Shown piece after piece: positions 34,396 through 42,195 of a stretch of DNA of 64,000 bases; the first letter of the stretch is position 1, and the number at the start of each line of letters is the position of its first letter. This stretch comes from Solirubrobacteraceae bacterium. GTDB taxonomy: Bacteria; Actinomycetota; Thermoleophilia; Solirubrobacterales; Solirubrobacteraceae. A program made the position numbers and the translations under genes. The notes beneath the pieces were generated by a model. That model had not been told where the DNA came from. It saw only the letters and a list, made by a program, of their open reading frames with translations, and ran no database searches. The stretch is taken from positions 16,768 through 80,767 of the forward strand of contig DASZEJ010000129.1 of assembly GCA_035940955.1 (NCBI GenBank). The letters are read 5' to 3'.

Positions 34396-35072
34396 GTGTT
34401 GTCGATCGGTCGGGTGCTGGCAGGGGACGAGCGCGAGCGGTACTACCTCGAGCAGGTGGGGCAAGGCCGGGACGACTACTACGCCGGTGAGGACGACGGC
34501 GGCGGTGAGTGGATCGGCACGGGCGCGGGCCTGCTCGGCGCCACCGCGTGCGCTCGAGGAGGACGGGCTGAAGGCGCTGCTTCGCGGCCGCGATCCGGTC
34601 GCGGGCGATCAGCTTCGACGGGTGATGCGTGAAGGCGGCGTCTCGGCGTTCGATCTCACGTTCAAACCGCCCAAGAGCGTGAGCCTGCTGTGGGCGCTAT
34701 CGGCCGAGCACGTTTCGGCGGCGACGCGCGCCGCGCACGACTCGGCGGTGCGGCAGGCACTCGACTACCTCGAGATTGAGGCGTGCCGCGGGCGCCGCGG
34801 CAAGGACGGCGTGCGCCAGGTCCGCGGGGAGGGGTTCGTCGCGGCGGCGTTCGCCCACCGCACGTCGCGCGCCGGCGATCCGCTCCTGCACACGCACGTC
34901 GTGATTGGCAACCTCGCGCTTGGTGAGGACGGCAAAATGGGGCGCCCTGGACAGTCGGCTGCTGTTCCGCCACGCCAAGACCGTGGGATTCCTCTACCAG
35001 GCCGCGCTGCGCGTGGAGCTCACCGAGCGGCTCAAGGTCGAGTGGGGTCCTGTTCGGCACGGTTGCGCCGAC
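34396..35072 (+). pseudogene. MobF/TrwC-family relaxase, N-terminal domain only, with at least 2 frameshifts and 3' truncation
   Basis: The homology is spread over three frames: 'VLSIGRVLAGDERERYYLEQVGQGRDDYYAGEDDGGGEWIGTGAGLLG', then 'GVSAFDLTFKPPKSVSLLWAL...FAHRTSRAGDPLLHTHVVIGNLA' (His-triad motif), then 'WGALDSRLLFRHAKTVGFLYQAALRVELTERLKVEWGPV'. Confidence 0.75.
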
Positions 35073-35260
35073 CTATATCACGGACGCGCCGTCAGCCTGC
35101 GCGGCGGCGAGCGCCTGCAGCACATCGCGGGGGGTGAACGTGCTCGCCTGCTCGGTCAGCTCGTCGGGCGCCGGGTGCTGCTCGCCGCGTGGCTCAAGAG
35201 CGCGGTTGATCAGCGCATCGACGGCGCGCCGATCGAGCCCGTGCTCCGCCGCGGGCGCGC
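35073..35260 (-). pseudogene. inverted relaxase-like fragment
   Basis: The minus-strand translation '...AVDALINRALEPRGEQHPAPDELTEQASTFTPRDVLQALAAAQADG' resembles the segment that follows the relaxase domain in TrwC/TraA proteins. It abuts the point where the plus-strand homology ends. Confidence 0.3.
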
Positions 35261-35525
35261 CGCTGCTCGCGCAGCCGCTCGACCGGCACCGCGCCGTGCG
35301 CGCGGTTGCGCATACCGTCGCGAGCAGCGCGCTCGCGAGGAGCGTCGTCAGCCCTAATGCGCCCCTCCGCGCTCCCATCACCCGTGCAGCGCCCCGCCGC
35401 TCCGCCGCGCCGGTACCCCCGGTTACATAACCCGTTTGCCGCCGCGGCCCTCTTGGTACCATCCAACTGTCGTTCAGCGGTCAACGCATTCGCAAGCGTT
35501 CACCGAGGGGGAAGCGAGGGAGATC

Positions 35526-36665
35526 ATGGCAGCAGTCGATGCGCCGGTCAGGGCGCAGGGGCTCGCTGGCGTCGTCGCGGGCCAGACCGCCGTGTGCTCG
35601 ATCGAGCTCGGCGGGGGGCATGAGCTTGCCTATCGCGGCTATGACGTGCACGAGCTCGCGGAGCGGGCGACGTTCGAGGAGGTCGCTCGTCTCCTGCTCT
35701 ATGGCGAGCTCCCGAACCGTGACGAGCTGGCGGCCTATGAGCGGGCGGTCGCCGGGCATCGGTTCCTCCCCGACGCCGCCAAGAGCATGCTGCGGCAGTT
35801 CCCCGTCAACGCCTCCGCGATGGACGTGCTGCGCAGCGTCGTCTCGCTGCTCGGGGTCCTCGACCGCGACGCCGGGCCGGAGGACGACACGGCCGCCATC
35901 GCGACTCGGCTCATCGGCGTCATGCCGACCGCGCTGCTCTTCTGGCACCAGCTGCGCGAAGGGCGCTACGAGCCGCGGGTGGAGGGCGGGAGCGGGTCGG
36001 TCGCCGCCGCGACGCTTCGCGCTCTTCTCGATCGGGAGCCGGACGAGCAGGCCGAGCGGATCCTCTCCGGCAGCTTCATCCTCTACGCCGAGCACGAGTT
36101 CAACGCGTCGGCGTTCTGTGCCCGGATCGTCTCGTCCACCGGCGCGGACACGTACTCGGCGATCGCCGCCGCGATCGGCGCCCTGAAGGGCTGGCGGCAC
36201 GGTGGCGCCAACGAGGCCGCGCTGCGGTTCATCGAGCCGCTGAGCGATCCCGACGAAGCTGAGCGGGAGGTCCTGAGCCGGCTCAAGCGGGGTGAGCGGA
36301 TCATGGGCTTCGGGCATCGCCTCTACCGCACCGGCGACCCGCGCGCGCGGCTCATGCGCGAGTGGTCGCGGGAGGTCGCTCGAACCACCTGCGACTCACG
36401 GCTGTTCGACGTCTCGGACCGGATCGAGCAGGTCATGGCGCGCGAGAAGAACCTGTTCGCGAACGTCGACTTCTGGTGCGCGTCGTGCTGGCACGGGCTC
36501 GGGATCCCGGTCGAGCTGTTCACGCCGCTCTTCGTCGTCGCCCGCACTTCTGGGTGGAGCGCGCACGTCGCCGAGCAGCGTGCCGAGCGCAAGCTCATCC
36601 GGCCCAAGTCGCACTACGTCGGGCCGGGCTACCGCGAGGTCGTCCCCCTCCACGCGCGAGGATGA
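35526..36665 (+). CDS. citrate synthase / 2-methylcitrate synthase family protein
   Basis: 'GLAGVVAGQTAVC', 'LAYRGYDVHELA', 'ILYAEHEFNAS' and 'GFGHRLYRTGDPRA' are present. The ATG at 35526 is preceded by GAGGGAG. Confidence 0.9.
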   Translation: MAAVDAPVRAQGLAGVVAGQTAVCSIELGGGHELAYRGYDVHELAERATFEEVARLLLYGELPNRDELAAYERAVAGHRFLPDAAKSMLRQFPVNASAMDVLRSVVSLLGVLDRDAGPEDDTAAIATRLIGVMPTALLFWHQLREGRYEPRVEGGSGSVAAATLRALLDREPDEQAERILSGSFILYAEHEFNASAFCARIVSSTGADTYSAIAAAIGALKGWRHGGANEAALRFIEPLSDPDEAEREVLSRLKRGERIMGFGHRLYRTGDPRARLMREWSREVARTTCDSRLFDVSDRIEQVMAREKNLFANVDFWCASCWHGLGIPVELFTPLFVVARTSGWSAHVAEQRAERKLIRPKSHYVGPGYREVVPLHARG

Positions 36666-39496
36666 CGGCGGGCGCGACCGCCAGCACCGCGCTCGGCGCG
36701 TGGTCGACGCTGCAGACCGCGAGCGGGCCGCTCGGCTACGTCCGGCTGGGCCGGCTCGCCGAGCTGGGGCTGTGCGAGGTCGAGCGGCTGCCGCTCACCA
36801 CTCGCATCCTGCTCGAGAGCGTCGTGCGGCAGGCGGCGCGGTTCGGGCTTCACGAGGACGAGCTGGCCGAGCTCGTGCGCGCGGTCGCGGGGGAGCGGCC
36901 TGAGGAGGACGGGTGCGAGCGGCGCTGGTCGCGCGCGGTCGCGGGGGAGCGGCCTGAGGGGGACGGGCGCGAGCGGGCGGTCGTCGGCGAGTGGTCGGAG
37001 CGCAGCGGGCGCGAGGACGCGGAGCGCACCGCGCCCGTGGAGCTCCCCTTCCTCCCCGCCCGCGTCCTGCTTCAGGACTTCACCGGCCTGCCCGCGCTCG
37101 TCGACCTCGCCGCGATGCGGGGCCGGCTGGCCGACCCGACGACACTCGACCTCGCCCTCCCGGCCGACCTCGTCATCGATCACTCGGTTCGCGTCGACCA
37201 CTACGGGACGCAGGACGCGCGGCGGCGGAACCTCGCCGCGGAGTACGGGCGCAACCGCGAGCGCTACGGCTTCCTGCGCTGGGCCGAGCAGGCGTTCGCG
37301 AACCTCCACGTCGTCCCGCCCGGCCGCGGCATCTGCCACCAGGTGAACTTCGAGCGCCTCGCCGAGGTGGTGACCGTGCGCCGGCACGACGGCGGGCCGG
37401 TCGCGCTGCCCGACACGGTCCTGGGATCGGACAGCCACACGCCGATGGTCAACGGGCTCGGCGTCCTCGGCTGGGGCGTCGGCGGGATCGAGGTGGAGGC
37501 CGCGCTGCTCGGGCGCCCGCTCGTCCTAACTTGCCCGCAGGTCGTCGGGCTGCGGCTGACGAACGCTCTTCCGCCCGGCGCTCTCGCCACCGATCTCGTC
37601 CTCGCTGTCACCGAGCTGCTGAGGCGCCACGGCGTCGTCGACCGGTTCGTGGAGGTCTTCGGGCCGGGCGTCGCGACGCTCAGCGTCCCGGACCGCGGCG
37701 TCGTCGCGAACATGGCGCCCGACTTCGGCGCGACCGCGTGCCTGTTCGGGATCGACGAGCGCACGCTCGACTTCCTGCGGCTCACCAACCGGTCGGAGGC
37801 GACGGTCGACCTCGTCGAGCGGTACGCGCGGGCGCAGGCGCTGTTCGGCGAGGAGGCCGGGGAGGCGGAGTTCGACGAGGTCGTGGAGCTGGACCTGGGG
37901 ACGGTGGAGCCGTCGCTGGCGGGGCCGGACCGGCCCGATCAGCGGCGCCCGCTCGCCGCCGTGCCGCGGAGCTTCGCGGAGCGGGCCGCGAAGGCGCGGG
38001 ACCGGAGCGCGGCGGAGGGTTCCGCTCGGGAGTCGAGCGGCGCGGCGGGGGACCGCGGCGTCGCGGAGGGACCGGTTGAGGAATCGAGCGGCGCGGCGGG
38101 GGACGGCGCAGGCGCCCCCATCCCCGACGGCTCCGTCGTCATCGCCGCGATCACCAGCTGCACGAACACCTCCAGCCCGGAGGGCATGCTCGCCGCCGGC
38201 CTGCTCGCCAAACACGCGGTCGATCGGGGACTCCAAGCCAAGCCGTGGGTCAAGACGTCGCTCGCGCCGGGCTCCCCGGTCGTCGCCGCCTACCTCGACA
38301 GGGCCGGCCTCATGCCGTACCTCGAGCGCCTCGGCTTCGACGTTGTCGGCTTCGGCTGCACGACGTGCTGCGGGAACTCCGGCCCGCTCCCGGACGCGGT
38401 GGAGCGCGCGCTCGACGAGCACGACGCCGACGTCGTCGCGGTCCTCTCCGGCAACCGCAACTACGCCGGCCGCATCCACCCGCGCGTGCGCGCGAACTAC
38501 CTGGCGTCGCCGCCGCTCGTCGTCGCCTACGCCCTCGCCGGGCGGATCGACGTGAACCTCGAAGACGAGCCGCTCGCCGACGGCGTCACGCTCGAAGACC
38601 TCTGGCCGACCCGCGACGAGCTCGCCGCCGCCCACCAGGCCATCAGGCGCGAGCTGTTCGAGGACGAGTACGCCGCCCTCTTCGAGGGCGACGACGCCTG
38701 GCGCGCGCTGCCCGCCCCGACCGGCCCGACCTACGCCTGGACCGAGGACTCGACCTACCTCCGCCCGCCGCCGTTCGTGCGAACAGCCAAGGCGAAGCAC
38801 CACACGCCGAGCGACATCCACGGCGCCCGCGCCCTCCTCGTCCTCGGCGACCACGTCACCACCGACCACATCTCCCCGGTCGGCCGCATCCTGCGCGACA
38901 GCCCCGCCGGCCGCTACCTCCAGGACCGCGGCGTCCACCCGCGCGACTTCGACTCGTTCGGCACCCGCCGCGGCAACTGGGAGGTCATGGTCCGCGGCAC
39001 GTTCGACTACGTCGCGCTGCGCAACGCGCTCGCCGCGCCGGAGGAGGGCGGCGTCACCGTCCACGTCCCGAGCGGGGAGCGGATGACCGTGTTCGACGCG
39101 GCGCAGGCCTACGGCGACACGCCGCTGGTGATCGTCGCGGGCGACGAGTACGGCGCGGGCAGCTCGCGCGACTGGGCAGCGAAGGGGACGGCGCTGCTCG
39201 GCATCAGGGCCGTGCTAGCCGTGGGATTCGAGCGCATCCACCGGGCAAACCTGGTCGGGATGGGCGTGGTGCCGCTGCAGATCGCGCGCGCCGACCGCGA
39301 CCGGCTGACCGGGACCGAGCGGTTCGACGTGCTCGGGCTCGACGCCGGGATCCGGCCCGGGGGAACGGCGACCGTCGTGGTGGACGGCACGACTTTCACC
39401 GCCCGCGTCCGCGTCGACACCGAGCAGGAGGCCCGCATCCTGCGCGCCGGCGGGATCCTGCCGCTCGTCCTCTCGGAGCTGGAGGAGCGCCGGTGA
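36662..39496 (+). CDS. acnA: aconitate hydratase (AcnA-type) with two low-complexity insertions
   Basis: ATGA overlap with the synthase gene. 'ARVLLQDFTGLPALVDLAAMR', 'GSDSHTPMVNGLG', 'AAITSCTNTSSP' and 'GCTTCCGNSGPL' (Fe-S ligand motifs) are present. Confidence 0.9.
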   Translation: MTAGATASTALGAWSTLQTASGPLGYVRLGRLAELGLCEVERLPLTTRILLESVVRQAARFGLHEDELAELVRAVAGERPEEDGCERRWSRAVAGERPEGDGRERAVVGEWSERSGREDAERTAPVELPFLPARVLLQDFTGLPALVDLAAMRGRLADPTTLDLALPADLVIDHSVRVDHYGTQDARRRNLAAEYGRNRERYGFLRWAEQAFANLHVVPPGRGICHQVNFERLAEVVTVRRHDGGPVALPDTVLGSDSHTPMVNGLGVLGWGVGGIEVEAALLGRPLVLTCPQVVGLRLTNALPPGALATDLVLAVTELLRRHGVVDRFVEVFGPGVATLSVPDRGVVANMAPDFGATACLFGIDERTLDFLRLTNRSEATVDLVERYARAQALFGEEAGEAEFDEVVELDLGTVEPSLAGPDRPDQRRPLAAVPRSFAERAAKARDRSAAEGSARESSGAAGDRGVAEGPVEESSGAAGDGAGAPIPDGSVVIAAITSCTNTSSPEGMLAAGLLAKHAVDRGLQAKPWVKTSLAPGSPVVAAYLDRAGLMPYLERLGFDVVGFGCTTCCGNSGPLPDAVERALDEHDADVVAVLSGNRNYAGRIHPRVRANYLASPPLVVAYALAGRIDVNLEDEPLADGVTLEDLWPTRDELAAAHQAIRRELFEDEYAALFEGDDAWRALPAPTGPTYAWTEDSTYLRPPPFVRTAKAKHHTPSDIHGARALLVLGDHVTTDHISPVGRILRDSPAGRYLQDRGVHPRDFDSFGTRRGNWEVMVRGTFDYVALRNALAAPEEGGVTVHVPSGERMTVFDAAQAYGDTPLVIVAGDEYGAGSSRDWAAKGTALLGIRAVLAVGFERIHRANLVGMGVVPLQIARADRDRLTGTERFDVLGLDAGIRPGGTATVVVDGTTFTARVRVDTEQEARILRAGGILPLVLSELEERR
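36877..36976 (+). repeat. in-frame tandem duplication (54-nt period) inside acnA
   Basis: Two ~46-nt copies of gcgcgcggtcgcgggggagcggcctgagg(a/g)ggacggg(t/c)gcgagcgg start at 36877 and 36931. They encode 'RAVAGERPEEDGCER' and 'RAVAGERPEGDGRER'. Confidence 0.85.
38033..38104 (+). repeat. in-frame direct repeat (51-nt period) inside acnA
   Basis: tcgagcggcgcggcgggggac occurs at 38033-38053 and again at 38084-38104, encoding 'SSGAAGD' twice just before the 'AAITSCTNTS' motif. Confidence 0.8.
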
Positions 39497-40914
39497 CCGG
39501 CCGCCCGCTCAGCGCCACGGTCGCCGCCTTCGCCCGCTCTGTCTTCACCGACGGGGCGCCGGAGCACGCCATGCGCATGACCCGCCGCGTCGCGCTCGAC
39601 CAGGTGGGCCTCCAGATCGGCTGCGCCCACCTGCCGTGGAGCCTCGTCGCCCGCGACTACGCCCGCGCGAGCGCCCGCGACGGCAGCGCCACCGTCCTCG
39701 TCCACGGCGACCGGCTCACGCCCGAGGGCGCCGCGTTCGCCAACGCCGCCTTCGGCCACGGCCAGGACTTCGACGACACCTGCCGCCCGGCCCAGACCCA
39801 CGCGGGCGCGGTCGTCGTCCCGACCGCCGTCGCGGTGGGGGAGGAGGTCGGCGCGACCGGCGAGCAGGTCGCCCGCGCGATCGCCGCGGGGCTGGAGGTC
39901 ATGCTCCGCGTCGCCCACATGGTCTCGCCCGAGTGCCTGAGGCGCGGCAACCACCCGATGCTCGTCGGCGGCCCGTTCGGCGCCGCCACCGCCGCCGGGC
40001 TGCTGCTCGGCCTCGACGAGGCGCGGCTCGTCCACGCGCTCGGCATCGCGGGCAGCTACCCCGGGGGGCTGGTCGAGTACAGCGAGTCCGGCGGATCGGT
40101 GAAGCGCCTGCACGGCGCGATCCCGACCACCGCGGGCATCCGCGCCGCGGCGATGGCGAAGCTCGGCCTGACCGGCCCGACCGCCGTCTTCGAGGGCGCC
40201 AAGGGCGTCGGCCGCGCGTTCGCCGGCGAGCCGGCGCTCGACCGCCTCACGCGCGGCCTCGGGACGACCTGGCTCCTGGACGACCTCGCCTTCAAGTTCT
40301 ACAACTGCTGCTACTTCATCCACCCGGCGATCGACGCGGTGCTCGAGCTGCAACAGCGTCACGGCCTGCAGGCGCACGACGTCGCCGAGCTGCGCGTCGG
40401 CACGAGCCGCCAGGGCCTCGTCCACGTCGGCCAGATCCCCGAGCCGGCCGACGAGGTCGGCGCGCAGTTCAGCATGCACTTCACGCTCGCGCTGACGCTG
40501 CTGGGCGAGGTCCCCGGCCTCGACACGTACTCGGCGGCCTGCCTCGGCGACCCCGGGATCCGCGCGCTCGCCAGGCGCGTGGTCGTGGAGGAGGACGCGA
40601 CCGCGACGAGCGAGTACCCGGCCAACTGGGGCTCGGTCGTGACCGCCCGCACCCATGACGGGCGCGACCTCGCGGCACGCGTCCGCGATCCCCGCGGCAC
40701 GCGCGAGAACCCGTGCACCGACTCCGACCTGCACGCGAAGTTCGACCGCAACGTCGAGCCGGTCCTCGGCGCCGCGACAGCCGCCGAGCTGCGCGAGCGG
40801 CTCGACCGGCTCGACGAGCTGCCGGCGATGGCGGAGCTGACCGCGGCGGCGGCGCGGACCACCGCCGCCGCCCATCCCGACGAACAGGAGGAACGCGTTG
40901 CCAGTCCGGCGTGA
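39493..40914 (+). CDS. MmgE/PrpD-family protein (2-methylcitrate dehydratase-like)
   Basis: GTGA overlap with acnA. 'AAFANAAFGHGQDFDDT' and the overall PrpD-like layout are present, in the context of the synthase and aconitase genes. Confidence 0.8.
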   Translation: MTGRPLSATVAAFARSVFTDGAPEHAMRMTRRVALDQVGLQIGCAHLPWSLVARDYARASARDGSATVLVHGDRLTPEGAAFANAAFGHGQDFDDTCRPAQTHAGAVVVPTAVAVGEEVGATGEQVARAIAAGLEVMLRVAHMVSPECLRRGNHPMLVGGPFGAATAAGLLLGLDEARLVHALGIAGSYPGGLVEYSESGGSVKRLHGAIPTTAGIRAAAMAKLGLTGPTAVFEGAKGVGRAFAGEPALDRLTRGLGTTWLLDDLAFKFYNCCYFIHPAIDAVLELQQRHGLQAHDVAELRVGTSRQGLVHVGQIPEPADEVGAQFSMHFTLALTLLGEVPGLDTYSAACLGDPGIRALARRVVVEEDATATSEYPANWGSVVTARTHDGRDLAARVRDPRGTRENPCTDSDLHAKFDRNVEPVLGAATAAELRERLDRLDELPAMAELTAAAARTTAAAHPDEQEERVASPA

Positions 40915-41614
40915 GACCCCGGAGGCCCTCGACGAGGCCGTCGCGATCCTGCGCGACGGCGGCCTCGTCATCACCCCGACGCGGGGCAACTACTGCCTCG
41001 TCTGCGACCCCGAGAACGAGGAGGCGATCGAGCGGTCGTTCGAGGTGAAGGGGCGCACGAAGTTCGGGCCGCTGACGCTCGCGCTGCATGAGATCGACGC
41101 GGCCGGCGAGTACGTCGACTTCCCGCCGGGCTTCGACCCGGGCGTCCTGCACCGCGTCTGGCCGTCGGAGGTCTCGTTCATCTTCGACAAGCGCCACCCG
41201 TTCCCCGACCGCCTCACCTGCGGTCACTCGACCATCGCGATCATGTTCCACGGCCCCTGCACGCTGCAGCGGCTGCTGACGCGGTACGGCGGGCCGCTCG
41301 GGCTGACGTCCGGCAACCGGTCGGGGCAGGGCGACATCCGGATCGAGCTGGACAAGGCGGTGGAGGACCTCGGCGACCGCGTCGACCTGGTCATCGAGGC
41401 GCCGACCCGCGACGAGATCACGGTCACCCGCACGTCGGCCGAGCACCCGAGCAACACGATCGTCGACTTCACGTTCGGGCGCCCGCTGCTCGTCCGCCCC
41501 GGCGTGCTGCCGACCGAGGACCTGCTCGAGCACTTCCCCGACCTCGAGACCGACCCCGAGGTGTTCAAGCGGCTGCTCGCCGAGCGGCTCGCCGCGACGA
41601 AGGCGGGGGCGTGA
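40898..41614 (+). CDS. YrdC/Sua5-domain protein (L-threonylcarbamoyladenylate synthase family)
   Basis: TTG start 6 nt after AGGAGG (40886-40891). 'GGLVITPTRGNYCLVCD' and 'SFEVKGR' are YrdC-like motifs. Confidence 0.65.
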   Translation: MPVRRETPEALDEAVAILRDGGLVITPTRGNYCLVCDPENEEAIERSFEVKGRTKFGPLTLALHEIDAAGEYVDFPPGFDPGVLHRVWPSEVSFIFDKRHPFPDRLTCGHSTIAIMFHGPCTLQRLLTRYGGPLGLTSGNRSGQGDIRIELDKAVEDLGDRVDLVIEAPTRDEITVTRTSAEHPSNTIVDFTFGRPLLVRPGVLPTEDLLEHFPDLETDPEVFKRLLAERLAATKAGA

Positions 41615-42195
41615 GGACCGCCGTGCTCAGCCCGCGGGACGCGCTGGCCGGCCGTCTCGACCCCGAGGGGCGCCACCGCCCCGAGCCGGGGCTGGCGCGC
41701 GCCGCGGTGCTCGTGCCGATCGTCGAGGAGCCCGAGCCGGCGCTGCTGCTCACCCGCCGGGCGGACACCCTGCGGCTGCACGCGGGGCACCTGTCATTCC
41801 CCGGCGGGCGCGAGGAGGAGGGCGACGCGGGGCCGGTGCAGGCCGCGCTGCGCGAGGCCGAGGAGGAGATCGGGCTCGACCGCGCGCACGTCGAGGTGCT
41901 GGGCGCGCTCGACGCCGTGCGGTCGCGGACGCAGGGCATCTCGGTCGTCCCGGTCGTCGGGCTGCTCGCGCGCCGCCCCGAGCTCGAGCCGCGCGCCGCC
42001 GAGGTCGCGGCGATCGTCGAGCTGCCGCTCGCCGAGGTGCTGGCGACCGAGCCGCGCGAGATCGACTGGACGGCCGGCGACACGACCGTGCGGACGTACG
42101 TCTACGACCGCGCGGATGGCGACGACGTGGTCGGGCTGACCGCGCGGATCGTCAAGCACCTCGCCGAGCGGCTGCGCGAGGGGGCGGCGCGATGA
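41611..42195 (+). CDS. Nudix hydrolase, CoA pyrophosphatase type
   Basis: CoA-Nudix signature 'LLLTRRADTLRLHAGHLSFPGG' and Nudix box 'REAEEEIGL'. GTGA overlap with the upstream gene. Confidence 0.8.
   Translation: MRTAVLSPRDALAGRLDPEGRHRPEPGLARAAVLVPIVEEPEPALLLTRRADTLRLHAGHLSFPGGREEEGDAGPVQAALREAEEEIGLDRAHVEVLGALDAVRSRTQGISVVPVVGLLARRPELEPRAAEVAAIVELPLAEVLATEPREIDWTAGDTTVRTYVYDRADGDDVVGLTARIVKHLAERLREGAAR

Larger units (their letters stand above)
23779..35460. mobile_element. tRNA-fMet-adjacent genomic island (defence genes plus decayed mobilisation genes); boundaries approximate
   Basis: It begins directly 3' of the tRNA and is visibly lower in G+C. By hand count, the 60-nt lines at 27961 and 29281 are each 34/60 G+C, against 48/60 at 4681. 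It contains an R-M system, a helicase-nuclease, and relaxase and HEPN remnants. No integrase or att repeat was found by eye. Confidence 0.55.

Noticed and set aside
35426-35434. A 9-nt match, CATAACCCG, occurs between the tRNA-fMet anticodon arm (23739-23747) and a site at the right edge of the island. It could be an attL/attR core.
   Set aside because: Only 9 nt match and the flanking bases diverge immediately. A 9-mer match somewhere in 64 kb across two strands is roughly expected by chance. Integration into the anticodon loop would also leave a longer duplicated tRNA 3' half. It is worth a computational repeat search, but it is not evidence on its own.
23779-35460. The island might be a prophage.
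   Set aside because: No capsid, portal, terminase, tail, lysis or phage-repressor-like ORFs were recognisable. The content is defence genes plus conjugative-mobilisation remnants.
35073-35462. The 129-aa minus-strand ORF might be a genuine gene, because it has a signal-peptide-like 'GALGLTTLLASALLATVCA' segment.
   Set aside because: Its C-terminal half is a relaxase-like fragment and its N-terminal half is Arg/Ala-rich. It spans the rearranged island border, so it is most likely a chimeric remnant rather than a functional gene.
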